A stretch of DNA of 64,000 nucleotides. Origin: Auanema rhodensis (Eukaryota; Animalia; Nematoda). Positions 28,101 through 42,600 of the stretch are shown here, piece after piece. Below the pieces are notes generated by a model, which was not told the origin of the DNA, ran no database searches, and saw nothing but the letters and a program-made list of their open reading frames with translations. The stretch covers positions 19,158,001 through 19,222,000 of the forward strand of contig OZ059898.1 of assembly GCA_964057225.1 (NCBI GenBank). The letters are read 5' to 3'. Within the stretch, counting starts at the first letter, position 1, and each line of letters begins with the position of its first letter. A program made the position numbers and the translations under genes.

Positions 28101-29476
28101 ATATCCTCGATTTTCACCCTGAAGAATTAATTTTTTCGTTGAATAACATTGTCCATCGTCTTTGCCTTGAAAAACGAAATCTGAAAACATCTACTTTTTG
28201 CTAAATTATTTTGAAATTTTTCGAAAAAATTTTTGTCAAAATGTTTTTGGAAGCAATGTTGAGTGTACATGGAAACTCAACATACACTAATGCATCATTT
28301 TTCAAACGTTCATAACTAATTTTTGTATTCAGCGTTTCTTAATGTAGTATAGTGCATTTGATGCGGATTTTTAAGCTGCGTCGATCTGTGTTATCAGATT
28401 TGCGCTAGTTTAAAAATGCACCGAGATATCAACTGATATAAGTTCACACTTATATCCTCGATTTTCACCCTGAAGAATTAATTTTTTCGTTGAATAACAT
28501 TGTCCATCGTCTTTGCCTTGAAAAAAGGAATCTAAAAACATTTACTTTTTGCTAAATTATTCTGAAATTTTTCGAAAAAATTTTTGTCAAAATGTTTTTG
28601 GAAGCAATGTTGAGTGTACATGGAAACTCAACATACACTAATGCACCATTTTTCAAACGATCATAACTAATTTTTGTATTAAGCGTTTCTCAATGTAGTA
28701 TAGTGCATTCGATGCGGATTTTTAAGCTGCGTCGATCTGTGTTATCAGATTTGCGCTAGCTTAAAAATGCACCGAGATATCAACTGATATAAGTTCACAC
28801 TTATATCCTCGATTTTCACCCTGAAGAATTAATTTTTTCGTTGAATAACATTGTCCATCGTCTTTGCCTTGAAAAAAGGAATCTAAAAACATTTACTTTT
28901 TGCTAAATTATTCCGAAATTTTTCGAAAAAATTTTTGTCAAAATGTTTTTGGAAGCAATGTTGAGTGTACATGGAAACTCAACATACACTAATGCATCAT
29001 TTTTCAAACGATCATAACTAATTTTTGTATTAAGCGTTTCTCAATGTAGTATAGTGCATTTGATGCGGATTTTTAAGCTGCGTCGATCTGTGTTATCAGA
29101 TTTGCGCTAGCTTAAAAATGCACCGAGATATCAACTGATATAAGTTCACACTTATATCCTCGATTTTCACCCTGAAGAATTAATTTTTTCGTTGAATAAC
29201 ATTGTCCATCGTCTTTGCCTTGAAAAAAGGAATCTAAAAACATCTACTTTTTGCTAAATTATTTTGAAATTTTTCGAAAAAATTTTTGTCAAAATGTTTT
29301 TGGAAGCAATGTTGAGTGAACATGGAAACTCGACATACACTAATGCATCATTTTTCAAACAATCATAACTAATTTTTGTATTAAGCGTTTCTCAATGTAG
29401 TATAGTGCATTTGATGCGGATTTTTAAGCTGCGTCGATCTGTGTTATCAGATTTGCGCTAGTTTAAAAATGCACCG

Positions 29477-32400
29477 AGATATCAACTGATATAAGTGCAC
29501 ACTTATATCCTCGATTTTCACCCTGAAGAATTAATTTTTTCGTTGAATAACATTGTCCATCGTCTTTGCCTTGAAAAAAGGAATCTAAAAACATTTACTT
29601 TTTGCTAAATTATTCTGAAATTTTTCGAAAAAATTTTTGTCAAAATGTTTTTGGAAGCAATGTTGAGTGTACATGGAAACTCAACATACACTAATGCACC
29701 ATTTTTCAAACGATCATAACTAATTTTTGTATTAAGCGTTTCTCAATGTAGTATAGTGCATTCGATGCGGATTTTTAAGCTGCGTCGATCTGTGTTATCA
29801 GATTTGCGCTAGCTTAAAAATGCACCGAGATATCAACTGATATAATTTCACACTTATATCCTCGATTTTCACCCTGAAGAATTAATTTTTTCGTTGAATA
29901 ACATTGTCCATCGTCTTTGCCTTGAGAAAAGGAATCTAAAAACATTTACTTTTTGCTAAATTATTCTGAAATTTTTCGAAAAAATTTTTGTCAAAATGTT
30001 TTTGGAAGCAATGTTGAGTGTACATGGAAACTCAACATACACTAATGCATCATTTTTCAAACGATCATAACTAATTTTTGTATTAAGCGTTTCTCAATGT
30101 AGTATAGTGCATTCGATGCGGATTTTTAAGCTGCGTCGATCTGTGTTATCAGATTTGCGCTAGCTTAAAAATGCACCGAGATATCAACTGATATAAGTTC
30201 ACACTTATATCCTCGATTTTCACCCTGAAGAATTAATTTTTTCGTTGAATAACATTGTCCATCGTCTTTGCCTTGAAAAAAGGAATCTAAAAACATCTAC
30301 TTTTTGCTAAATTATTTTGAAATTTTTCGAAAAAATTTTTGTCAAAATGTTTTTGGAAGCAATGTTGAGTGTACATGGAAACTCAACATACACTAATGCA
30401 TCATTTTTCAAACGATCATAACTAATTTTTGTATTAAGCGTTTCTCAATGTAGTATAGTGCATTCGATGCGGATTTTTAAGCTGCGTCGATCTGTGTTAT
30501 CAGATTTGCGCTAGCTTAAAAATGCACCGAGATATCAACTGATATAAGTTCACACTTATATCCTCGATTTTCACCCTGAAGAATTAATTTTTTCGTTGAA
30601 TAACATTGTCCATCGTCTTTGCCTTGAAAAAAGGAATCTAAAAACATCTACTTTTTGCTAAATTATTCTGAAATTTTTCGAAAAAATTTTTGTCAAAATG
30701 TTTTTGGAAGCAATGTTGAGTGTACATGGAAACTCAACATACACTAATGCATCATTTTTCAAACGTTCATAACTAATTTTTGTATTCAGCGTTTTTCAAT
30801 GTAGTATAGTGCATTTGATGCGGATTTTTAAGCTGCGTCGATCTGTGTTATCAGATTTGCGCTAGTTTAAAAATGCACCGAGATATCAACTGATATAAGT
30901 TCACACTTATATCCTCGATTTTCACCCTGAAGAATTAATTTTTTCGTTGAATAACATTGTCCATCGTCTTTGCCTTGAGAAAAGGAATCTAAAAACATTT
31001 ACTTTTTGCTAAATTATTCTGAAATTTTTCGAAAAAATTTTTGTCAAAATGTTTTTGGAAGCAATGTTGAGTGTACATGGAAACTCAACATACACTAATG
31101 CATCATTTTTCAAACGATCATAACTAATTTTTGTATTAAGCGTTTCTCAATGTAGTATAGTGCATTCGATGCGGATTTTTAAGCTGCGTCGATCTGTGTT
31201 ATCAGATTTGCGCTAGCTTAAAAATGCACCGAGATATCAACTGATATAAGTTCACACTTATATCCTCGATTTTCACCCTGAAGAATTAATTTTTTCGTTG
31301 AATAACATTGTCCATCGTCTTTGCCTTGAAAAAAGGAATCTAAAAACATCTACTTTTTGCTAAATTATTTTGAAATTTTTCGAAAAAATTTTTGTCAAAA
31401 TGTTTTTGGAAGCAATGTTGAGTGTACATGGAAACTCAACATACACTAATGCATCATTTTTCAAACGATCATAACTAATTTTTGTATTAAGCGTTTCTCA
31501 ATGTAGTATAGTGCATTCGATGCGGATTTTTAAGCTGCGTCGATCTGTGTTATCAGATTTGCGCTAGTTTAAAAATGCACCGAGATATCAACTGATATAA
31601 GTGCACACTTATATCCTCGATTTTCACCCTGAAGAATTAATTTTTTCGTTGAATAACATTGTCCATCGTCTTTGCCTTGAAAAAAGGAATCTAAAAACAT
31701 TTACTTTTTGCTAAATTATTCTGAAATTTTTCGAAAAAATTTTTGTCAAAATGTTTTTGGAAGCAATGTTGAGTGTACATGGAAACTCAACATACACTAA
31801 TGCACCATTTTTCAAACGATCATAACTAATTTTTGTATTAAGCGTTTCTCAATGTAGTATAGTGCATTCGATGCGGATTTTTAAGCTGCGTCGATCTGTG
31901 TTATCAGATTTGCGCTAGCTTAAAAATGCACCGAGATATCAACTGATATAATTTCACACTTATATCCTCGATTTTCACCCTGAAGAATTAATTTTTTCGT
32001 TGAATAACATTGTCCATCGTCTTTGCCTTGAGAAAAGGAATCTAAAAACATTTACTTTTTGCTAAATTATTCTGAAATTTTTCGAAAAAATTTTTGTCAA
32101 AATGTTTTTGGAAGCAATGTTGAGTGTACATGGAAACTCAACATACACTAATGCATCATTTTTCAAACGATCATAACTAATTTTTGTATTAAGCGTTTCT
32201 CAATGTAGTATAGTGCATTCGATGCGGATTTTTAAGCTGCGTCGATCTGTGTTATCAGATTTGCGCTAGCTTAAAAATGCACCGAGATATCAACTGATAT
32301 AAGTTCACACTTATATCCTCGATTTTCACCCTGAAGAATTAATTTTTTCGTTGAATAACATTGTCCATCGTCTTTGCCTTGAAAAAAGGAATCTAAAAAC

Positions 32401-33688
32401 ATCTACTTTTTGCTAAATTATTTTGAAATTTTTCGAAAAAATTTTTGTCAAAATGTTTTTGGAAGCAATGTTGAGTGTACATGGAAACTCAACATACACT
32501 AATGCATCATTTTTCAAACGATCATAACTAATTTTTGTATTAAGCGTTTCTCAATGTAGTATAGTGCATTCGATGCGGATTTTTAAGCTGCGTCGATCTG
32601 TGTTATCAGATTTGCGCTAGCTTAAAAATGCACCGAGATATCAACTGATATAAGTTCACACTTATATCCTCGATTTTCACCCTGAAGAATTAATTTTTTC
32701 GTTGAATAACATTGTCCATCGTCTTTGCCTTGAAAAAAGGAATCTAAAAACATCTACTTTTTGCTAAATTATTCTGAAATTTTTCGAAAAAATTTTTGTC
32801 AAAATGTTTTTGGAAGCAATGTTGAGTGTACATGGAAACTCAACATACACTAATGCATCATTTTTCAAACGTTCATAACTAATTTTTGTATTCAGCGTTT
32901 TTCAATGTAGTATAGTGCATTTGATGCGGATTTTTAAGCTGCGTCGATCTGTGTTATCAGATTTGCGCTAGTTTAAAAATGCACCGAGATATCAACTGAT
33001 ATAAGTTCACACTTATATCCTCGATTTTCACCCTGAAGAATTAATTTTTTCGTTGAATAACATTGTCCATCGTCTTTGCCTTGAGAAAAGGAATCTAAAA
33101 ACATTTACTTTTTGCTAAATTATTCTGAAATTTTTCGAAAAAATTTTTGTCAAAATGTTTTTGGAAGCAATGTTGAGTGTACATGGAAACTCAACATACA
33201 CTAATGCATCATTTTTCAAACGATCATAACTAATTTTTGTATTAAGCGTTTCTCAATGTAGTATAGTGCATTCGATGCGGATTTTTAAGCTGCGTCGATC
33301 TGTGTTATCAGATTTGCGCTAGCTTAAAAATGCACCGAGATATCAACTGATATAAGTTCACACTTATATCCTCGATTTTCACCCTGAAGAATTAATTTTT
33401 TCGTTGAATAACATTGTCCATCGTCTTTGCCTTGAAAAAAGGAATCTAAAAACATCTACTTTTTGCTAAATTATTTTGAAATTTTTCGAAAAAATTTTTG
33501 TCAAAATGTTTTTGGAAGCAATGTTGAGTGTACATGGAAACTCAACATACACTAATGCATCATTTTTCAAACGATCATAACTAATTTTTGTATTAAGCGT
33601 TTCTCAATGTAGTATAGTGCATTCGATGCGGATTTTTAAGCTGCGTCGATCTGTGTTATCAGATTTGCGCTAGCTTAAAAATGCACCG
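29477..33688. repeat. Tandem duplication of a 6-monomer block (2106 bp x2)
   Basis: Markers at exactly 2106 bp spacing: AAGTGCAC 29497/31603, ATAATTTC 29846/31952, TTGAGAAA 29926/32032 and 30979/33085. Confidence 0.88.
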
Positions 33689-36600
33689 AGATATCAACTG
33701 ATATAAGTTCACACTTATATCCTCGATTTTCACCCTGAAGAATTAATTTTTTCGTTGAATAACATTGTCCATCGTCTTTGCCTTGAAAAAAGGAATCTAA
33801 AAACATCTACTTTTTGCTAAATTATTCTGAAATTTTTCGAAAAAATTTTTGTCAAAATGTTTTTGGAAGCAATGTTGAGTGTACATGGAAACTCAACATA
33901 CACTAATGCATCATTTTTCAAACGATCATAACTAATTTTTGTATTAAGCGTTTCTCAATGTAGTATAGTGCATTCGATGCGGATTTTTAAGCTGCGTCGA
34001 TCTGTGTTATCAGATTTGCGCTAGCTTAAAAATGCACCGAGATATCAACTGATATAAGTTCACACTTATATCCTCGATTTTCACCCTGAAGAATTAATTT
34101 TTTCGTTGAATAACATTGTCCATCGTCTTTGCCTTGAAAAACGAAATCTGAAAACATCTACTTTTTGCTAAATTATTTTGAAATTTTTCGAAAAAATTTT
34201 TGTCAAAATGTTTTTGGAAGCAATGTTGAGTGTACATGGAAACTCAACATACACTAATGCATCATTTTTCAAACGTTCATAACTAATTTTTGTATTCAGC
34301 GTTTCTCAATGTAGTATAGTGCATTTGATGCGGATTTTTAAGCTGCGTCGATCTGTGTTATCAGATTTGCGCTAGTTTAAAAATGCACCGAGATATCAAC
34401 TGATATAAGTTCACACTTATATCCTCGATTTTCACCCTGAAGAATTAATTTTTTCGTTGAATAACATTGTCCATCGTCTTTGCCTTGAAAAACGAAATCT
34501 GAAAACATCTACTTTTTGCTAAATTATTTTGAAATTTTTCGAAAAAATTTTTGTCAAAATGTTTTTGGAAGCAATGTTGAGTGTACATGGAAACTCAACA
34601 TACACTAATGCATCATTTTTCAAACGATCATAACTAATTTTTGTGTTAAGCGTTTCTCAATGTAGTATAGTGCATTTGATGCGGATTTTTAAGCTGCGTC
34701 GATCTGTGTTATCAGATTTGCGCTAGTTTAAAAATGCACCGAGATATCAACTGATATAAGTTCACACTTATATCCTCGATTTTCACCCTGAAGAATTAAT
34801 TTTTTCGTTGAATAACATTGTCCATCGTCTTTGCCTTGAAAAACGAAATCTGAAAACATCTACTTTTTGCTAAATTATTTTGAAATTTTTCGAAAAAATT
34901 TTTGTCAAAATGTTTTTGGAAGCAATGTTGAGTGTACATGGAAACTCAACATACACTAATGCATCATTTTTCAAACGTTCATAACTAATTTTTGTATTCA
35001 GCGTTTCTCAATGTAGTATAGTGCATTTGATGCGGATTTTTAAGCTGCGTCGATCTGTGTTATCAGATTTGCGCTAGTTTAAAAATGCACCGAGATATCA
35101 ACTGATATAAGTTCACACTTATATCCTCGATTTTCACCCTGAAGAATTAATTTTTTCGTTGAATAACATTGTCCATCGTCTTTGCCTTGAAAAACGAAAT
35201 CTGAAAACATCTACTTTTTGCTAAATTATTTTGAAATTTTTCGAAAAAATTTTTGTCAAAATGTTTTTGGAAGCAATGTTGAGTGTACATGGAAACTCAA
35301 CATACACTAATGCATCATTTTTCAAACGTTCATAACTAATTTTTGTATTCAGCGTTTCTCAATGTAGTATAGTGCATTTGATGCGGATTTTTAAGCTGCG
35401 TCGATCTGTGTTATCAGATTTGCGCTAGTTTAAAAATGCACCGAGATATCAACTGATATAAGTTCACACTTATATCCTCGATTTTCACCCTGAAGAATTA
35501 ATTTTTTCGTTGAATAACATTGTCCATCGTCTTTGCCTTGAAAAAAGGAATCTAAAAACATTTACTTTTTGCTAAATTATTCTGAAATTTTTCGAAAAAA
35601 TTTTTGTCAAAATGTTTTTGGAAGCAATGTTGAGTGTACATGGAAACTCAACATACACTAATGCACCATTTTTCAAACGATCATAACTAATTTTTGTATT
35701 AAGCGTTTCTCAATGTAGTATAGTGCATTCGATGCGGATTTTTAAGCTGCGTCGATCTGTGTTATCAGATTTGCGCTAGCTTAAAAATGCACCGAGATAT
35801 CAACTGATATAAGTTCACACTTATATCCTCGATTTTCACCCTGAAGAATTAATTTTTTCGTTGAATAACATTGTCCATCGTCTTTGCCTTGAAAAAAGGA
35901 ATCTAAAAACATTTACTTTTTGCTAAATTATTCTGAAATTTTTCGAAAAAATTTTTGTCAAAATGTTTTTGGAAGCAATGTTGAGTGTACATGGAAACTC
36001 AACATACACTAATGCATCATTTTTCAAACGATCATAACTAATTTTTGTATTAAGCGTTTCTCAATGTAGTATAGTGCATTTGATGCGGATTTTTAAGCTG
36101 CGTCGATCTGTGTTATCAGATTTGCGCTAGCTTAAAAATGCACCGAGATATCAACTGATATAAGTTCACACTTATATCCTCGATTTTCACCCTGAAGAAT
36201 TAATTTTTTCGTTGAATAACATTGTCCATCGTCTTTGCCTTGAAAAAAGGAATCTAAAAACATCTACTTTTTGCTAAATTATTTTGAAATTTTTCGAAAA
36301 AATTTTTGTCAAAATGTTTTTGGAAGCAATGTTGAGTGAACATGGAAACTCGACATACACTAATGCATCATTTTTCAAACAATCATAACTAATTTTTGTA
36401 TTAAGCGTTTCTCAATGTAGTATAGTGCATTTGATGCGGATTTTTAAGCTGCGTCGATCTGTGTTATCAGATTTGCGCTAGTTTAAAAATGCACCGAGAT
36501 ATCAACTGATATAAGTGCACACTTATATCCTCGATTTTCACCCTGAAGAATTAATTTTTTCGTTGAATAACATTGTCCATCGTCTTTGCCTTGAAAAAAG

Positions 36601-39600
36601 GAATCTAAAAACATTTACTTTTTGCTAAATTATTCTGAAATTTTTCGAAAAAATTTTTGTCAAAATGTTTTTGGAAGCAATGTTGAGTGTACATGGAAAC
36701 TCAACATACACTAATGCACCATTTTTCAAACGATCATAACTAATTTTTGTATTAAGCGTTTCTCAATGTAGTATAGTGCATTCGATGCGGATTTTTAAGC
36801 TGCGTCGATCTGTGTTATCAGATTTGCGCTAGCTTAAAAATGCACCGAGATATCAACTGATATAATTTCACACTTATATCCTCGATTTTCACCCTGAAGA
36901 ATTAATTTTTTCGTTGAATAACATTGTCCATCGTCTTTGCCTTGAAAAAAGGAATCTAAAAACATTTACTTTTTGCTAAATTATTCTGAAATTTTTCGAA
37001 AAAATTTTTGTCAAAATGTTTTTGGAAGCAATGTTGAGTGTACATGGAAACTCAACATACACTAATGCATCATTTTTCAAACGATCATAACTAATTTTTG
37101 TATTAAGCGTTTCTCAATGTAGTATAGTGCATTCGATGCGGATTTTTAAGCTGCGTCGATCTGTGTTATCAGATTTGCGCTAGCTTAAAAATGCACCGAG
37201 ATATCAACTGATATAAGTTCACACTTATATCCTCGATTTTCACCCTGAAGAATTAATTTTTTCGTTGAATAACATTGTCCATCGTCTTTGCCTTGAAAAA
37301 AGGAATCTAAAAACATCTACTTTTTGCTAAATTATTTTGAAATTTTTCGAAAAAATTTTTGTCAAAATGTTTTTGGAAGCAATGTTGAGTGAACATGGAA
37401 ACTCGACATACACTAATGCATCATTTTTCAAACAATCATAACTAATTTTTGTATTAAGCGTTTCTCAATGTAGTATAGTGCATTTGATGCGGATTTTTAA
37501 GCTGCGTCGATCTGTGTTATCAGATTTGCGCTAGTTTAAAAATGCACCGAGATATCAACTGATATAAGTTCACACTTATATCCTCGATTTTCACCCTGAA
37601 GAATTAATTTTTTCGTTGAATAACATTGTCCATCGTCTTTGCCTTGAAAAACGAAATCTGAAAACATCTACTCTTTGCTAAATTATTTTGAAATTTTTCG
37701 AAAAAATTTTTGTCAAAATGTTTTTGGAAGCAATGTTGAGTGTACATGGAAACTCAACATACACTAATGCATCATTTTTCAAACGTTCATAACTAATTTT
37801 TGTATTCAGCGTTTCTCAATGTAGTATAGTGCATTTGATGCGGATTTTTAAGCTGCGTCGATCTGTGTTATCAGATTTGCGCTAGTTTAAAAATGCACCG
37901 AGATATCAACTGATATAAGTTCACACTTATATCCTCGATTTTCACCCTGAAAAATTAATTTTTTCGTTGAATAACATTGTCCATCGTCTTTGCCTTGAAA
38001 AAAGGAATCTAAAAACATTTACTTTTTGCTAAATTATTCTGAAATTTTTCGAAAAAATTTTTGTCAAAATGTTTTTGGAAGCAATGTTGAGTGTACATGG
38101 AAACTCAACATACACTAATGCACCATTTTTCAAACGATCATAACTAATTTTTGTATTAAGCGTTTCTCAATGTAGTATAGTGCATTCGATGCGGATTTTT
38201 AAGCTGCGTCGATCTGTGTTATCAGATTTGCGCTAGCTTAAAAATGCACCGAGATATCAACTGATATAAGTTCACACTTATATCCTCGATTTTCACCCTG
38301 AAGAATTAATTTTTTCGTTGAATAACATTGTCCATCGTCTTTGCCTTGAAAAAAGGAATCTAAAAACATCTACTTTTTGCTAAATTATTTTGAAATTTTT
38401 CGAAAAAATTTTTGTCAAAATGTTTTTGGAAGCAATGTTGAGTGAACATGGAAACTCAACATACACTAATGCATCATTTTTCAAACAATCATAACTAATT
38501 TTTGTATTAAGCGTTTCTCAATGTAGTATAGTGCATTTGATGCGGATTTTTAAGCTGCGTCGATCTGTGTTATCAGATTTGCGCTAGCTTAAAAATGCAC
38601 CGAGATATCAACTGATATAAGTTCACACTTATATCCTCGATTTTCACCCTGAAGAATTAATTTTTTCGTTGAATAACATTGTCCATCGTCTTTGCCTTGA
38701 AAAAAGGAATCTAAAAACATTTACTTTTTGCTAAATTATTCTGAAATTTTTCGAAAAAATTTCTGTCAAAATGTTTTTGGAAGCAATGTTGAGTGTACAT
38801 GGAAACTCAACATACACTAATGCATCATTTTTCAAACGATCATAACTAATTTTTGTATTAAGCGTTTCTCAATGTAGTATAGTGCATTCGATGCGGATTT
38901 TTAAGCTGCGTCGATCTGTGTTATCAGATTTGCGCTAGCTTAAAAATGCACCGAGATATCAACTGATATAAGTTCACACTTATATCCTCGATTTTCACCC
39001 TGAAGAATTGATTTTTTCGTTGAATAACATTGTCCATCGTCTTTGCCTTGAAAAAAGGAATCTAAAAACATTTACTTTTTGCTAAATTATTCTGAAATTT
39101 TTCGAAAAAATTTTTGTCAAAATGTTTTTGGAAGCAATGTTGAGTGTACATGGAAACTCGACATACACTAATGCATCATTTTTCAAACAATCATAACTAA
39201 TTTTTGTATTAAGCGTTTCTCAATGTAGTATAGTGCATTTGATGCGGATTTTTAAGCTGCGTCGATCTGTGTTATCAGATTTGCGCTAGCTTAAAAATGC
39301 ACCGAGATATCAACTGATATAAGTTCACACTTATATCCTCGATTTTCACCCTGAAGAAATAATTTTTTCGTTGAATAACATTGTCCATCGTCTTTGCCTT
39401 GAGAAAAGGAATCTAAAAACATCTACTTTTTGCTAAATTATTTTGAAGTTTTTCGAAAAAATTTTTGTCAAAATGTTTTTGGAAGCAATGTTGAGTGTAC
39501 ATGGAAACTCAACATACACTAATGCATCATTTTTCAAACGATCATAACTAATTTTTGTATTAAGCGTTTCTCAATGTAGTATAGTGCATTCGATGCGGAT

Positions 39601-42600
39601 TTTTAAGCTGCGTCGATCTGTGTTATCAGATTTGCGCTAGCTTAAAAATGCACCGAGATATCAACTGATATAAGTTCACACTTATATCCTCGATTTTCAC
39701 CCTGAAGAATTATTTTTTTCGTTGAATAACATTGTCCATCGTCTTTGCCTTGAAAAAAGGAATCTAAAAACATCTACTTTTTGCTAAATTATTTCGAAAT
39801 TTTTCGAAAAAATTTTTGTCAAAATGTTTTTGGAAGCAATGTTGAGTGTACATGGAAACTCAACATACACTAATGCATCATTTTTCAAACGATCATAACT
39901 AATTTTTGTATTAAGCGTTTCTCAATGTAGTATAGTGCATTCGATGCGGATTTTTAAGCTGCGTCGATCTGTGTTATCAGATTTGCGCTAGCTTAAAAAT
40001 GCACCGAGATATCAACTGATATAAGTTCACACTTATATCCTCGATTTTCACCCTGAAGAATTAATTTTTTCGTTGAATAACATTGTCCATCGTCTTTGCC
40101 TTGAAAAAAGGAATCTAAAAACATCTACTTTTTGCTAAATTATTTTGAAATTTTTCGAAAAATTTTTTGTCAAAATGTTTTTGGAAGCAATGTTGAGTGA
40201 ACATGGAAACTCAACATACACTAATGCATCATTTTTCGAACAATCATAACTAATTTTTGTATTAAGCGTTTCTCAATGTAGTATAGTGCATTTGATGCGG
40301 ATTTTTAAGCTGCGTCGATCTGTGTTATCAGATTTGCGCTAGCTTAAAAATGCACCGAGATATCAACTGATATAAGTTCACACTTATATCCTCGATTTTC
40401 ACCCTGAAGAATTATTTTTTTCGTTGAATAACATTGTCCATCGTCTTTGCCTTGAAAAAAGGAATCTAAAAACATCTACTTTTTGCTAAATTATTTTGAA
40501 ATTTTTCGAAAAAATTTTTGTCAAAATGTTTTTGGAAGCAATGTTGAGTGTACATGGAAACTCAACATACACTAATGCATCATTTTTCAAACGATCATAA
40601 CTAATTTTTGTATTAAGCGTTTCTCAATGTAGTATAGTGCATTCGATGCGGATTTTTAAGCTGCGTCGATCTGTGTTATCAGATTTGCGCTAGCTTAAAA
40701 ATGCACCGAGATATCAACTGATATAAGTTCACACTTATATCCTCGATTTTCACCCTGAAGAATTATTTTTTTCGTTGAATAACATTGTCCATCGTCTTTG
40801 CCTTGAAAAAAGGAATCTAAAAACATCTACTTTTTGCTAAATTATTCTGAAATTTTTCGAAAAAATTTTTGTCAAAATGTTTTTGGAAGCAATGTTGAGT
40901 GTACATGGAAACTCAACATACACTAATGCATCATTTTTCAAACGATCATAACTAATTTTTGTATTAAGCGTTTCTCAATATAGTATAGTGCATTCGATGC
41001 GGATTTTTAAGCTGCGTCGATCTGTGTTATCAGATTTGCGCTAGCTTAAAAATGCACCGAGATATCAACTGATATAAGTTCACACTTATATCCTCGATTT
41101 TCACCCTGAAGAATTAATTTTTTCGTTGAATAACATTGTCCATCGTCTTTGCCTTAAAAAAAGGAATCTAAAAACATCTACTTTTTGCTAAATTATTTTG
41201 AAATTTTTCGAAAAAATTTTTGTCAAAATGTTTTTGGAAGCAATGTTGAGTGAACATGGAAACTCAACATACACTAATGCATCATTTTTCGAACAATCAT
41301 AACTAATTTTTGTATTAAGCGTTTCTCAATGTAGTATAGTGCATTTGATGCGGATTTTTAAGCTGCGTCGATCTGTGTTATCAGATTTGCGCTAGCTTAA
41401 AAATGCACCGAGATATCAACTGATATAAGTTCACACTTATATCCTCGATTTTCACCCTGAAGAATTAATTTTTTCGTTGAATAACATTGTCCATCGTCTT
41501 TGCCTTGAAAAAAGGAATCTAAAAACATCTACTTTTTGCTAAATTATTTTGAAATTTTTCGAAAAAATTTTTGTCAAAATGTTTTTGGAAGCAATGTTGA
41601 GTGAACATGGAAACTCAACATACACTAATGCATCATTTTTCGAACAATCATAACTAATTTTTGTATTAAGCGTTTCTCAATGTAGTATAGTGCATTTGAT
41701 GCGGATTTTTAAGCTGCGTCGATCTGTGTTATCAGATTTGCGCTAGCTTAAAAATGCACCGAGATATCAACTGATATAAGTTCACACTTATATCCTCGAT
41801 TTTCACCCTGAAGAATTAATTTTTTCGTTGAATAACATTGTCCATCGTCTTTGCCTTGAAAAAAGGAATCTAAAAACATCTACTTTTTGCTAAATTATTT
41901 TGAAATTTTTCGAAAAAATTTTTGTCAAAATGTTTTTGGAAGCAATGTTGAGTGTACATGGAAACTCAACATACACTAATGCATCATTTTTCAAACGATC
42001 ATAACTAATTTTTGTATTAAGCGTTTCTCAATGTAGTATAGTGCATTCGATGCGGATTTTTAAGCTGCGTCGATCTGTGTTATCAGATTTGCGCTAGCTT
42101 AAAAATGCACCGAGATATCAACTGATATAAGTTCACACTTATATCCTCGATTTTCACCCTGAAGAATTATTTTTTTCGTTGAATAACATTGTCCATCGTC
42201 TTTGCCTTGAAAAAAGGAATCTAAAAACATCTACTTTTTGCTAAATTATTTTGAAATTTTTCGAAAAAATTTTTGTCAAAATGTTTTTGGAAGCAATGTT
42301 GAGTGTACATGGAAACTCAACATACACTAATGCATCATTTTTCAAACGATCATAACTAATTTTTGTATTAAGCGTTTCTCAATGTGGTATAGTGCATTCG
42401 ATGCGGATTTTTAAGCTGCGTCGATCTGTGTTATCAGATTTGCGCTAGCTTAAAAATGCACCGAGATATCAACTGATATAAGTTCACACTTATATCCTCG
42501 ATTTTCACCCTGAAGAATTAATTTTTTCGTTGAATAACATTGTCCATCGTCTTTGCCTTGAAAAAAGGAATCTAAAAACATCTACTTTTTGCTAAATTAT

